From an uncultured Phycisphaerales bacterium (GTDB lineage: Bacteria; Planctomycetota; Phycisphaerae; Sedimentisphaerales; Anaerobacaceae): a stretch of DNA of 64,000 nt. This document shows positions 24,740-37,596 of the stretch, one piece after another; position 1 is the first letter of the stretch; each line of letters starts with the position of its first letter. A model generated the notes under the pieces. The model was given only the letters and a program-made list of their open reading frames with translations. It made no database searches and was not told the DNA's origin. Where the stretch lies: positions 1,261,231 to 1,325,230 of the forward strand of contig CAVYYI010000001.1 of assembly GCA_963772725.1 (NCBI GenBank). The letters are read 5' to 3'. The position numbers and the translations under genes are program-made.

Positions 24740-25151
24740 GTTTAATCAATGGTTTATCGAACAGGTTGCGGCAAGATGGCCTGAATGGGACATTGAAAGC
24801 TTTGTGCTGAATGACTGGTTTTACTCGCTGGGCAGTTACGATGAGGCGATGCTGACAAAAGCGGTCAGAGACCACAAGGTTCTCGATGACCCGGCGTGCC
24901 GAAGCAGTAAAAGGATTCTTGAGCGGCTCAAGGCGATGAAAATGCCGGGTAAAAAACAGTACGAGTTACAGATACCCGAAAAAACCATTACGGCAGATGA
25001 GTTCTGGAAAAATGTACGCACGAACTATTCATGGGAAAAACGCATCGAGATAATGGAACATGTTATAAAGTTTCATAAATGCCCCAAAGACAAGGACCCT
25101 GAGGCGTACGAATGGCTGATGAAGGAAAAACAGGCTCATGTCAAAGAATAA
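24726..25151 (+). CDS. Hypothetical protein, possibly phage helicase-loader-like
   Basis: GTG start overlapping the initiator-like gene; DWFYSLGSYDEAMLTKAVRDH helix pattern. Confidence 0.45.
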   Translation: MELNEFNQWFIEQVAARWPEWDIESFVLNDWFYSLGSYDEAMLTKAVRDHKVLDDPACRSSKRILERLKAMKMPGKKQYELQIPEKTITADEFWKNVRTNYSWEKRIEIMEHVIKFHKCPKDKDPEAYEWLMKEKQAHVKE

Positions 25152-27883
25152 CCCAACAGTCGCTGATAGGCGGCTAGGTAGCCCTCAATCATACTCGACA
25201 GGTCCCATTTGAATCTGGCCTCTTTCATTATTCTTTTGGCCTGCTTTTCCCATTCGCCGGGATTCTTTCTGAAAAATCTGTGGTTCTGCACGGTCATTTC
25301 GAGTCCCCACCATAATCCGCCTGAATCGTAATCACTGAAAAGCACACCATTGCCGACATCTTTTTCCGCCCAGCTTTTTAAGTTTTAACGGCACAATCTT
25401 GTCATGAAAACCGCCGGTATCGCGGTTCGTCGCTGTTGCCCCGTATAGGTTTCCAATGACATCAATCTGCCCGAAAGGCTCATACAGCGAAGCTCCGAAA
25501 ACGTCGCTCGCGGCCGCGTAACCCAATATGCTGAGGTCTTCATTGAAAGGAAGATAAGCAATTTTCCCGCCGGATGCGCATGCGATTCTGCCCAAGTATC
25601 TCGCGTGCGTTCTGTCGCTGCCTATCGGGATTGCCGATAATTCCAATTTGAACATCCGGATGCTCTATCACGAATTTTAACGCGATATCCTCAAGAAGCT
25701 CGATGCCTTTCTGAACCGGGTCCAGCCTGTGACGGCCAATATAAAAATATAGCTTCAGGATTGACCCGCAGGCCGGTCCTTTTCTGGAACTTGACAAGGT
25801 TAAGTTTTTTCGCCTGCACAACATTGTCGATTAACCCGATATTTTTTCGCCAGACCGGGTTTATCTGCCTCCGCGTTCTCATCCTGATTTTCAGGATAAA
25901 TCACCGGTGAGATATCCGTTTGGAATCGCCAAAACGCTAGCCGAATCTGTATTTTGCCTTTGTCTCCTGCCGCACGCTCCAGGGAATGACGTGTCTGTCC
26001 ATAAAATAATCGTGCGTTGTCTCATCGAGAAAACCTTTACCCACATAATTGACCAGCGTAGCGTTTTTTATCGCGGTCGCCTGGCAATCCACGCATTGCC
26101 TGCCGCCATCATTGGAGATATACAGATTGTTCCAGAACTCACCTAAATTAACACCGTAAAACATATCCAGTGGTATATGGCCTGTATGCGAATTGTGTAC
26201 TGTGTGCAATAACGGGATTTTCCTAAATTTTGCATAAGCCGGCAATAATGCCCCCCGCCATCCAGTCGTGCGAATGTATAATTCCTTTTCCCTCATGCTT
26301 CGAAATTATTTCCTTGATAAAGGAATTTCTCGTTTCCCTTCTGGAACTCGCCGCGGTCACTCTCGGGTCGCCGTCGTAGGGACTCATATAATTTTCAAAC
26401 AGTGCCGAATCTACCATTTTGATATTATCTCGCGGCAGGCGATACATTTTTTCCATAAACTCTTCTTTGCTCATTCCCGATTTCGCTATGAATCTTCTTT
26501 TTAGATTCAGCGTGATGATATAAGTCAAGATATCCTTTTCGAACAGGCCCTCTGCATAAAGCTGCGACTACCTCACCCATCCCGCCGCTTTTTCCGGTTA
26601 CATATTTCGCGAATTCGCCCATTCCCTCGGTCGGGAGCTTGTCCGTTTCCGGGCTTATGATTATAACCGGGGTTTTCTCGGTTTTCTTTAGAATATAAAA
26701 AGTATCTATCGACTTTTCCATTTCCCATATTTTGTCCGTTATGATTCTGGCGGCTTCGCCTATTGAGCCATAAGGGCTGAAATAGGAATGCACCGCGTGG
26801 TCAGAGCCGCTGCTTTCGTGGGCAAAATAAAGCTGGTCGGAGGTCGTCAGGTGTCTCCATTTGGTCAACAATTCCCCGTCCGGCTTTTTTGACGCTTCTT
26901 CTCGAGATTTTTTATGCGGTGAAAACAGTTCCTGCTGGGTTTTGTTTCCCAGCCATCCGAAAGTGTCTTTCGTCGCGTCGGCCCAGCGAAGAAGTCGATA
27001 AGCCATGAATATCGACAATCGGACAATCAGCGTCTTTGAATAATTCGGCCACCTCGGTGGGATTTGCCATTTTTATGCTATTATACTGCTCCAGCTTCTT
27101 CGGCAGAGCCTTCCAGAATTCAAATATGCCTTTATCTTCCCAGATATGCTCGCCGATATGTTCGTAGTCGTAGCCAAGCAGAACGGCTTCGCCGTCAATC
27201 TTCGCGATGCTCCATGCATAACGCTCGGCGGAAATCGGCGTATGAGGAAACCTGTAGGCAACGTCATCGCTTAATTCCCTGTTTCTGGGAATTACAATCA
27301 GATTGCTGCCTTTGCGCGGAAAACAGCGTTTGGAGATACGGTTTTGCCATCCTTAAAGCCGTACATATCGTCCCTTTTTTCGCACAGAATCTGCCTTATA
27401 GCCCATATCCGCGACAACATTGGCTATTTCATTATTGATACATTAGCTCCGTGTTTCTAAACGATGTCGGCTTTATGCCGAAAACCTGTTCCATCTTCGC
27501 TCTGTGCAGTAAAACCTGGTCTTTGAATTCGCTGTCTCTTCGGGTCATCGAAAAGGCTGGCAAGGGAGTGATAATATGTCTCGTTCGAGAAATTCAACCT
27601 GGCTGTGCGCCTTGCCGGCATCGAGAAGCTCCCGCAATGACCGGATTACTTCCGGTTTATACATCTGGGCCTGCTCGAGGAATGTGCCGGACATGCTCAG
27701 GGTTATTTTGAAAGCCGGATAGGATGATACCAGCTCTGTGAACATTTTTGTCGCGGGCAAATAACATTTTTCCGAGACTTTTTCGAATACCTGCTTGTTA
27801 TTTTCGTCCCAGAAAAACTTGCTTCTTTCAGGGTGGAGCCTGAACGGCTGGTGCAACTGGAAATAAAATGTTACTACGGGCAT
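25136..27883 (-). CDS. GH57 amylase-family / glycogen synthase (GT5) fusion, frameshifted
   Basis: FYFQLHQPFRL and KCYLPA, then WRHLTTSD...YFSPY in frame with ISPE...KSGGMGEV; later HSHDW, HTVHN, QKGIE, YEPFG, RDTGG. Confidence 0.8.
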
Positions 27884-28309
27884 ATTTTAACTCAACTCTT
27901 TTATTTATAAATAGTTACGCAAAAATAAAACAATCCTAACAACTACGTTCCGACAAAGTCGCAATCCTAAATATTCAGCATTTTTGACTTTGATTTTTGC
28001 ATAGTTATGCTCATCTCCCGCCTCCATTGAAAATGAAAACAGTGATTAGTATATGCTAATTTATAAAACCTGTCAATATACCCAAAACCTGATTTTTGAT
28101 TGCCGATTTTTTTACCACGATGAATCAAAAATACACAAAGAAAATCAGACACAGATAACACGGTTTTTTTAGACACCAATTTATCCGTGTAAATCCGTAT
28201 CTAAAGAACATTCAGAAAAAGGTGGATAAAACCTTAGCGTAGAGTGATACCCCTACCGTAAGATTGGAGGCTAAACTGTTAGGGCAAGCGGGCATTTCGG
28301 TGATTTCAA

Positions 28310-29420
28310 TTATTTCGTTAATTTTTGAGAAGAATAGATTCTCAGAAAGGATTCCACCATCGCACTGACTGAATAATTATCCCTCAGATGCTGCTGGGCA
28401 TTAGCTGCAAGCTGTCTGGCGTAATTCTTCTCGTCCAAAAGCTGTTTAAGACTTTGGTATATGCTGAGTTCATCGTCAGGGTCAAAAATGACAGCGGTTT
28501 TCCCAACAATAATAAGGTCGTCCACTCCTCCTTTGCAAGCGGCGACCGCCTGGCCTATGCTCATCGCATCCAGGAGCAGCGCAGTTAAATGCAAAATCAG
28601 GTCTTGGCTGCACAAAAATATCTCCACCTGCCTGAAGAGTTCGTCTTGATTCGAGTTTCGGCGCAATGATAGCGACTGGCAAAAGTCCCAGTTGGGCAAG
28701 CAATCTTCTCAACAGTATTTCCTCTTTTCCCCCCGACAATAATGAGCATAAATTCATATTGTTCAATAACGAGGCGTTTAACTGCCCGCAGGAAAATTTC
28801 GAGTTCCTGAGCGGTATTAAACGCTGGTCCGGCCGCAACAATACTTGTAAGACGTGAAGTATCATGGAAGCAACTGATAGTCTCGGCGGTAAATGTTCCC
28901 ACATTAACAAGCTCTATTTTATCTGCAAACTGCCGATAGCGTTCCGCAAGATCGGCAGCGATAGTTTCAGCGGGGACAGTGACAGCTGCCAAACGGGAAG
29001 CGGAGATGGAAAGGCGGCGAAATCGCTCATGGAGAGAATTTACAGTTAATACATAGGGAAGTTCAAGCTCTCGCGAGACATAGCGTGCCAGTTCAGCCTG
29101 AGTCTCGCAAAGACAATGGAGAACAGAGGGTTTGAATTTTTTAAGGCTCTCAACGAGTATTGTTTTATTTCGCCAGCCCATAAAGGGCAACTCAAGGGCA
29201 GGATAGCGAATAATCTCAACGGTTGGAGAAATAAGGCTGTCGATATCAACGGACGGCGGGCAGACCAGCGTAACGGGTACCGACTCATCAGACAAACCGA
29301 CAAGCATGTGCTGTAAAAAGGCTGGATACTCAGAAATAATCTGGTCTGAGATAATAAGTGCCAGCCGAAGTTTTTTTGCCCGGATACACCCAAGGCTTCA
29401 TCTTTTTGCTCCTGACCCAT
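28310..29420 (-). CDS. GT4 glycosyltransferase, frameshifted
   Basis: LLDAMSIGQAVAACKGGVDDLI...YSVSAMVESFLRIY C-terminal GT-B motif. Confidence 0.7.
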
Positions 29421-29572
29421 ATCACTACCTCAAAGCCGTTAAACTTATTGCCGCACCAAAAGTTACCTGCTTCAGGGCGGAATCAACTTTTATTTCCGGT
29501 TCCCGAAGCCACAACATAGCACAAAATTCATCAGGAATAAAGGATTGTTTTTAAGACGGGTTTTCGGTAAGC

Positions 29573-31001
29573 TTAAGGATGTGTTTTTTCCTGGAAGTCA
29601 CTGCCCCCGCCGAATACGGCGTAAAGTCTTACGAGGTTGGCAAATCTCGCAAGTCGGAGCGAGACAAGCCCCTGTTCAGCGTCATAGACGGGAGCACTGC
29701 GCATCAATCACAGCCAGATAACTGTCTATTCCTTTTATATAACGCACATTTGAGAGACGGGAGGTTTCGGTAGCGGCATTAACTAAAGATTGCTGCGCCA
29801 ATAACTGTTCATCCACCGTACCTTTAACGGCGAGGGTATCAGCCACTTCCTTAAAAGCCTGCTGGATGGATTTCTCATATTGGGCTACGGCGATTTCTCT
29901 GTCGGTTTTGCTCACCTTGAGAGCTGACCATGTACGCGCGTCAAAAACAGACATTGCGGCCTGCGGATTGAAACTCCACACATCGGAGCCGGATTGGAAC
30001 AGGCCGGAAAGTTTCTCGCTCGCAGTTCCGACTGAAGAGGTCAAAGCAATACGAGGGAAAAAAGTTGCTCTTGCCGCCCCGATATTGGCGTTGGCGGCCT
30101 TTAGCAGATTTTCTGCCTGAAGAATGTCAGGACGTCGCAGCAGTACCTCGGAGGAAACATCGGGAGCAATTTCTTTGGGCTGACTAATCGAATTAAGGTT
30201 GGCCGGCAACAACTCTTTAGGCACTGAAGAACCGACGAGAAGATTCAAGGCGTTTTCATCCTGTGCAACCAGTCGAGTGTATAGTGCAATATCCACACGT
30301 GCTGCATCTACCCTCGTCTGTGCCTGACGTAAATCCAATTCAGTAGCAAGCCCGATTTCACAACGCTGGTGTATTAAATTATAGGCGGCCTGCTGGGCAT
30401 CCAGAGTGGATTTGGCAAGTTCGAGGCTTTCTTTGTCGGCGGCAAAAGTCAGATAAGCGACGGCAACTTCTGACACAAGCAAAATCTGTGAGCTGCGCTG
30501 TGCCTGCTCGGTGGCAAAGTACTCCTGCAGCGCTTTCTCCTTGAGACTGCGGATGCGTCCAAAGAAATCAATCTCCCAGGCTAAGCCCAGATTAACACTG
30601 TATTGTTCGTTGGTAATGGTTTGTCCTGCGCCTGAGAAATTTATGAACGTACGCTGTTTGCTTCCACTGCCCAAAACGCCGATGGTTGGCAAAAGCTCGG
30701 CACGCTGTATGCCATACAACGCGCGAGACCTTTCAACATTCAGTGCGGCCATGCGCAGGTCACGATTGTTATTCAAGGCGGTCTCGATAACCTTTTGAAT
30801 ACGCTGGTCGGTGAAGAATTCACGCCATGTTAGTTCAAGAGCGGTAGGAATATCGGGCGAAGCTTTGGTTTCCTTGTATGACGCACCGCTTGGCCAATCG
30901 GCAGGAACGGGAGCTTGCGGCCTGGTATATTTCGGGGTCAGTGAACAGCCCACAAGCCAGGAAGTTATAGCCAGAATCAATAACATTAATATCCTTAACA
31001 T
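29573..31001 (-). CDS. RND outer-membrane factor lipoprotein (OprM/NodT family), 3' frameshift
   Basis: Lipobox LVGC, ALNNNRDLR, WEIDFFGRIR, RRPDILQAE. Confidence 0.92.
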
Positions 31002-31002
31002 A

Positions 31003-34000
31003 TTAACGTACCTCCTGTGAATCTGCCGAATCTAAATCGCCCGCGACGCCGGGCTGCGGCTGTCTCCTGCCAAAGAATTTGGATACAAGGATATAGAACA
31101 GGGGAATAAAGATAAGGTCGATAAATGTAGCGGAGAGCATACCTCCGACAACAGCGGTTCCAATGGCGTTTTGTGCACCGGCACCGGCGCCTGCGGTTAA
31201 GGCCAGCGGCAGAACGCCAAATAAAAATGCTGATGAGGTCATTATTACAGGCCGGAATCGCGTTCTCACGGCTCCAAGAGTAGCGTCGATCAATCCATCT
31301 CCATTTTCCAGACGATGCTTTGCAAATTGGATGATAAGAATCGCGTTTTTTGTTGACAGTCCCAAAGTGGTGAGGAAGCCAATTTGAAAGTAAACATCAT
31401 TGGGCAAGCCTCGCGACCAGGTTGCCAGCGTCGCACCGAATACGCCCAGCGGCAGCATCAGCATATTAACAAAAGGAATGGTCCAGCTCTCGTATAGTGC
31501 GGCGACACACAGGAAAATGATGAGAATGGAAAAGGCATACAGCGGAACAATCTGTGCACCCGCCTGCCGCTCCTGGTAGGAAAGTCCGGTCCAGTCGTAG
31601 CCGATTCCCTGCGGCAGCTTTCTGATAAAATCTTCCATAGCTTTCATTGCCTCACCGGTACTTCTGCCAGGCGATGCCTCACCCACAATGTTTAAGGACG
31701 GAAAGCCGTTGAATCGCTCCAGTTTCGGAGAGCCGGAAGTCCATTGCCCGGAGGCAAAGGAAGAAAATGGAACCATCTTGCCGATGTTATTGCGCACATA
31801 GAGTTTTTCCAGGTCTTTGGGCAGCATGCGATAAGGGGCATCGGCCTGAACATAGACTCTTTTGACACGTCCTCCCTGAATGAAATCGTTCACATACGCG
31901 CTGCCGAAAGCCGCCGAGATGGTATTATGAATAGAGTAAACAGGCAAACCCATAGCGCCGGCCTTTTCCCAATCCACGTCGATGCGAAACTCAGGCACGT
32001 CCTCCAGGCCATTGGGGCGGACTTTTGTCAATACAGGATTCTGTGCAGCCATTCCGAGGAGCTGATTGCGAGCTGCCATCAGGCCATCGTGGCCCAGGCC
32101 GCCGCGGTCGAGAAGTTGAAAATCAAATCCTTTCGATACTCCCAGTTCGATAACTGCCGGCGGCGGAAAGGCAAACACCATGGCGTTGCGAATCTGAGAA
32201 AAAGCCCCCATTGCTCTATTTGCCACAGCGACAACTTTCAGGTCTGGTCGTTTCCTGAGCTTCCAGTCCTTGAGTTTGACAAAGGACAGACCCGCATTCT
32301 GCCCTCTGCCTGAAAAGTTTGTGCCGGAAACCGTCATACATGATTCCACCGCATCTTTCTCACGTTCAAGGAAATGGTTTCGCACCTGTTCCATCACCTT
32401 TTCGGTCTGCTCAAGGGTCGAGTTGGCAGGAAGCAAGACCTGAACCATCAGGATACCCTGGTCTTCATCAGGCAGATATGCTGTCGGCATCTGTTTAAAA
32501 AGGAATCCCATCGCCGCGACAATGACAATAAAGGCTAACAAATATCGGGTTTTGTGAGCCAGAGACTTGCCGACTATTTGGAGATATTTATCCCTGGTCC
32601 GAAAAAAGATATGGTCAAACCATTTAAAGAAGGGCCGGAGAAACCAAATCCCGCCCTCCGCAGGCTGGTGTCCTTTAGGTACAGGCTTAAGTAACGAGGC
32701 ACACAGAACCGGGGTAAGTATCAAAGCCACAACCACCGAAAGAAGCATCGAAGCAATGATTGTTACGGAAAACTGGCGATAGATTACGCCGGTAGAGCCG
32801 CGAAAAATGCCATCGGGCCGAAGACCGCCGAGAGTACCAGCCCGATTCCGATCAGGGCGCTGGTAATCTGGTCCATGGATTTGCGAGTAGCCTCCAGGGG
32901 AGAAAGTCCTTCCTCACTCATAATTCGTTCCACGTTCTCCACAACTACGATGGCGTCATCCACCAATAAACCGATGGCCAGCACCATCGCGAACATAGTC
33001 AGCATATTTATTGAGAAGCCGAAAAATCCAAGCACGGCGAATGTTCCCAATATCACGACCGGTACCGCGATTGTCGGAATTAAAGTCGCCCGCATATTTC
33101 CCATGAACAGATACATCACAAGAAAAACAAGAAATATTGCCTCGAAAAGGGTTTTAACAACCTCTCCGATTGCCACTTTGACGAAAGGCGTGGTATCGTA
33201 GGGATAAACAACTTTCATACCGGTGGGAAAAAAGTGGCTCATCTCTTCCAGTTTTGCCCTGATGTTGTTAGCGGTATCAATGGCATTGGCGCCTGCCGCC
33301 TGCCTGATGGCCAGTGCGGCAGATGGTTTGCCGTTGAAATGGGCATCGATATCGTAAGATTCGGTTCCAAGCTCGGTACGGCCCACATCTTTGACCCGCA
33401 CAATTGACCCATCGGGATTGGTGCGAAGAGGAATATCGGCAAATTCCTCGGGTGTTTTAAGCAGGCTTTGAACAATGATGCTCGCATTAAGACGCTGGCC
33501 TTCTACTGCCGGCGCACCGCCGAACTGTCCCGCGGACACTTCCACGTTGTAAACCCGCAGCGCCGTGATGACATCCTGAACTGTCATCTGATAATTGGTC
33601 AGCTTGTCGGGATTAAGCCAGATTCGCATAGCATACTGGCTGCCGAAAACCTCCACCTCACCGACCCCCGGAACCCGCGAAAGCACTTTTTCCAGATTAG
33701 ATTCAGCATAGTCTCGCAAATCATCGCCATTCATACTTCCGTCTTCCGAGATCAGGCCGACAATCAGCAGCCAGTTTCGTGGTTGACTTTTGCTCACCCT
33801 GACGCCCTGCCGCTGCACTACCTCCGGCAGGCTCGCCATAGCCAGCTGAAGTTTGTTCTGCACCTGTGCCCAGGCCAGGTCAGGATCTGTGCCCGGGGCA
33901 AAAGTCAGTTCAATGCGGGAAGCGCCCGCCGAATCACTGGTGGCGGAAAGATACAGCATTTTATCGAAACCAGTCATCTTTTGCTCGATTATCTGCGTTA

Positions 34001-34185
34001 CGCTGTTTTCAACCGTCTCCGCGGAGGCACCGGGATAAAAAGAGGTGATAGCGATGGACGGGGGTGCGATTGGGGGATACTGCGATATGGGCAAATTGTA
34101 TATCGCCAAGACCGCCCACCACCATCATAATGATTGCGATAACCCAGGCAAAGACCGGACGCTCCAGAAAGAATCTTGATAACAT
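31003..34185 (-). CDS. HAE1 RND permease (AcrB/MexB family), frameshifted
   Basis: [48 protein letters not shown]. Confidence 0.94.
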
Positions 34186-35386
34186 TACATACCTCCCTCG
34201 GTTCGGCTTTTTGTGTCTGGTTTTGTATTACCTTTACGTTCGGCATCAAAAGGGACAACTTTCACGACGGCTCCGGGCATTACTTTTTGTATGCCTTCGA
34301 CGATCACACGGTCACCGGATGCAAGGCCTGATGAAACAAGCCATTTGTCGCCGATGGCACGGTCAAGAGTAAGCATCCGCTGACTGGACCTTGTTTTCCG
34401 CGTCAACGACGAGGGCAAAGGGATTACCCTTCATGTCGCGTGATACCGCCTGCTGAGGAATAAGAATGGCCTGCTCCTGAATGCCTTCCTGAACCACCGC
34501 CCGCACAAACATTCCCGGCAGAAGAATTCCCTGCGGGTTTGGGAAGACAACTCGCAGGATGACAGAGCCTGTCGTCGGGTCCACAGTGACATCACGAAAC
34601 TGAAGCGTCCCTTCCACCGGATATACTGTTCCGTCTTCCAGGATGAGACTTTACCTTATTTTGGTTCGTTTCGTCTTGATTGAGGCGGCCATCTTCCAAT
34701 GCGGCGTTTCAGCCGCAGCATTTCGGCGGTGGACTGGGGCACATCCACATAAATCGGGTCCAGTTGCTGAATAGTCGCTAGAGCGATAGGCTGATACGCC
34801 GTCACCAAGGCGCCGTCCGTCACACTGGATTTCCGATACGCCCGGATATAGGAGCAGTGACACGGGTGTATCCCAGATTGATACGGGCCGACTTAACCAT
34901 CGCTTTCCAAAACTGAATATCAGCCTCGGCCTGTTTCATGGCGCTTGACGCATCATCATAGTCCTGCTGGCTGACTGCTTTGTCGGCAAGCAGTTCCTTG
35001 TATCGTTCGGACCTGGAACGGATCGAAAGCAGACTCGCCTCGGCCTTGTTGAGAGCGGCTTTTGCATTATCCAGTGACGCCTGAAACGGGGCAGGGTCTA
35101 TCTGGTACAGCGTTTGGCCCGCGTTAACATCGGAACCTTCCATAAACAGGCGTTTTTGTATGAGGCCATTGACCTGTGGTCGGATTTCAGCCACCAGGTA
35201 TGCAGATGTGCGACCCGGCAATTCGGTGGTCAGCACAACCTGTTGCGGCTGAACCGTTACAGCTACTACCTCAGGGACAGGTGGAGGCCCGAATTGTCGC
35301 TTGCGGCAGCCTGCAGGAAAAAGGATGGCTAAAAACGCCGCTGAAAGAAAAAGCGTTCTAATAATATATTTAACACAAGTTCTCAT
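34185..35386 (-). CDS. RND periplasmic adaptor (AcrA family), frameshifted
   Basis: ELPGRTSAYLVAEIRPQVNG, APISGRIG, VDPTTGSV, LLPGMFV. Confidence 0.92.
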
Positions 35387-35452
35387 AACGAACCTCCATC
35401 TTATCTAAAGGAAATATTACGTTCCCGTTCCATATTAATTTTTCCTCGAATA

Positions 35453-36064
35453 CTAAACCAGTAATCCATCAAGAAACAACTGCTTAACTTTTTGAAACAT
35501 CCCTGTGACGGTATCCCGGTCGAAACGGCCGGTAGTTTCAAAAATTAGCGTCTCAATTATAGATGCTATTGCCTTGGCGGTAATTTCAGGGTCAACATCT
35601 CGAAATAAACCTTTACGGATTCCCTGCTTTATAATTTTCGCCAATTTTGAATCCACCACTTCATGAACTTTGTTCTCATCCTTTATTCGCGATAGCTTTG
35701 AACCCTTAATCCCAACCTGGGAAACATACAGTTTTATGACTTTACCGTATTTTTCCTGAAGTATCGGCTGATGCATTATAAATGCCGCCAGCTGGTTCGT
35801 TTCACTTCCAGGCCCATCCAGAATTTCTACAAGCTCATTTATAATTTGCCCGGTGGCGGCATTTAGCAACTCCTCGAATAAATCATCCTTACTCTCGAAA
35901 AAATTATATAGCGTACCAACGCCAAACTCCGACGCAACGGCAATATCCTGCATCGAAACATTATGAAAGCCTTTTTCGGAAAAAAGTGTCAGGGCGGCCT
36001 CTGATATCTCTTCTTTGTGCCGGCTTTTTTCTCTTTCACGCCTTGATAGCTTGACCCTGCTCAT
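35453..36064 (-). CDS. TetR/AcrR-family regulator
   Basis: AALTLFSEKGFHNVSMQDIA...VGTLYNFFESKDDLF. Confidence 0.93.
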   Translation of the reverse strand: MSRVKLSRREREKSRHKEEISEAALTLFSEKGFHNVSMQDIAVASEFGVGTLYNFFESKDDLFEELLNAATGQIINELVEILDGPGSETNQLAAFIMHQPILQEKYGKVIKLYVSQVGIKGSKLSRIKDENKVHEVVDSKLAKIIKQGIRKGLFRDVDPEITAKAIASIIETLIFETTGRFDRDTVTGMFQKVKQLFLDGLLV

Positions 36065-36091
36065 GGCCGATTCCTTAGAACACATCCGTTT

Positions 36092-36126
36092 TGAATTATT
36101 ATTCTATAAATGAACATATATTCATT
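36092..36126. promoter_or_regulatory. Putative TetR operator(s)
   Basis: Palindrome AATGAA-CATATA-TTCATT (36109-36126) plus a related TGAA-N6-TTC at 36092. Confidence 0.6.
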
Positions 36127-36187
36127 ATACAAAAAAAAATTCCTTTTGACAACATTTTTTTCCCTTAAAAATTAAAATTTGCGTATA

Positions 36188-37021
36188 TTAATTTTTTGTC
36201 AATCGCCCGCTTTGCCGGAGCCACTCTCGCAGTGCGGCATAGAATTCATCCCTGACGGCCTTTTCAAGCCACGGATAATGCCCGCAACGGTCCCACTGGC
36301 GATACTCCAGTTCAGGAAGATAGCGTTTAAGGCCGGCATAAATCATTTGTCCCGGATGCGGGTCGTAAGCACCGTGCATCATTATTACCGGCACATTGAT
36401 TTTGGCAAAAGCCGCCGGATATATGCCTTCCGCCTGCAAACGCAACATATCCTGCCACGATTCTTCGTGCGCCCGTGCATCGCATTTTTCTATCTGCTCA
36501 CAAGGTGAAATCAGCTTGTATGAATCGATTTTCTGCATCAGCCGCCCCATTGCAGCGAGGCGTTCATCGGGGTCGGAATATTTTCTCGGAAGCTGTTCTA
36601 TTCGGTGCAGAAAACTTTCGTTCATCCGTTCTTTACAGGTTGCCCGCAATGTATCCCTTGCGGCTGAGTCAAATGTTCCGCACCCAATCAGGATAAGACT
36701 TGCGGCGTGGCCAGGATGTTCCGCCGCGTAAGCCAGTGCAAGCATCGCCCCCCAGGAATGTCCCACGATTATCGGCTTCTGGTCGCGGCAATAAGCTTTT
36801 ATCACTTCATCGAGGTCGGCAATATGGCGGGCGACTGTTAATTGCTCCCGGCCGCTTCCTCGCTGAAATGGCTCAAGGACGCGAAATGAGCCTGCCAGTT
36901 CACGAGCGACAGGGGCCATATATCCCGCCGCTCCGGGGCCTCCGTGCAGAAGAATTACATACGGCCCGCTTGTTCCGTACACGCGAGTTTTTATCAGTTT
37001 TTGTCCCAAACCGCTATCCAT
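36188..37021 (-). CDS. Alpha/beta hydrolase (proline iminopeptidase-like)
   Basis: LLHGGPG, GHSWG, HGAYD, CGHYPW. Confidence 0.88.
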   Translation of the reverse strand: MDSGLGQKLIKTRVYGTSGPYVILLHGGPGAAGYMAPVARELAGSFRVLEPFQRGSGREQLTVARHIADLDEVIKAYCRDQKPIIVGHSWGAMLALAYAAEHPGHAASLILIGCGTFDSAARDTLRATCKERMNESFLHRIEQLPRKYSDPDERLAAMGRLMQKIDSYKLISPCEQIEKCDARAHEESWQDMLRLQAEGIYPAAFAKINVPVIMMHGAYDPHPGQMIYAGLKRYLPELEYRQWDRCGHYPWLEKAVRDEFYAALREWLRQSGRLTKN

Positions 37022-37180
37022 GGTTATATTTCGTTTATTTATAACTGATTATAGGCAAAAATCGTATGAAAAAACAGGCTTTTTGCTGATTGACTTAAAA
37101 TGAAAATACTATATAGTTAATTAATCTAATGGGGCTGAAAAATGCGGATTAGTTAAACTATTTTAAAAAGGGATAAAATT

Positions 37181-37540
37181 ATGAGCAATATGCAGAAAAA
37201 AAATCTGTCGAAACCTGACGAAAAGCGCAACTTCGAGAAGGGACAGCTTGAACTTACAAAACTTGGTGGGGTAACATTTGGGCGTGCCACGCTTAGGCCT
37301 GGGTGGAAATGGTCAACTTGCGTTAAACCCCTTGTAAAAACCAAAAGCTGTGAGGCGCCTCATTTGCAATATCATGTGTCCGGGCGACTTCATGTGGTAA
37401 TGGACGATGGGACTGAAGATGAATTAGTACCTGGGGATGTGTCGCTGATTCCACCGGGACATGACGCATGGGTCGTAGGCAATGAACCTGTCGTGATTAT
37501 AGATATTACCGGGATGGGGGAATACGCCAAGCCAAAATGA
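37181..37540 (+). CDS. Cupin-domain protein
   Basis: PGWKWS, HLQY, IPPGHDAWVVG. Confidence 0.88.
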   Translation: MSNMQKKNLSKPDEKRNFEKGQLELTKLGGVTFGRATLRPGWKWSTCVKPLVKTKSCEAPHLQYHVSGRLHVVMDDGTEDELVPGDVSLIPPGHDAWVVGNEPVVIIDITGMGEYAKPK

Positions 37541-37596
37541 GTTCCTTCTCTATTGTAATCAGGATGTTTTATAAAATCTTTTTAGGGGAAATAAAA

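Noticed and set aside
27890..28309. Possible riboswitch or small ORF in the spacer upstream of the GH57-GT5 gene
   Set aside because: No recognisable riboswitch consensus; only degenerate low-complexity repeats
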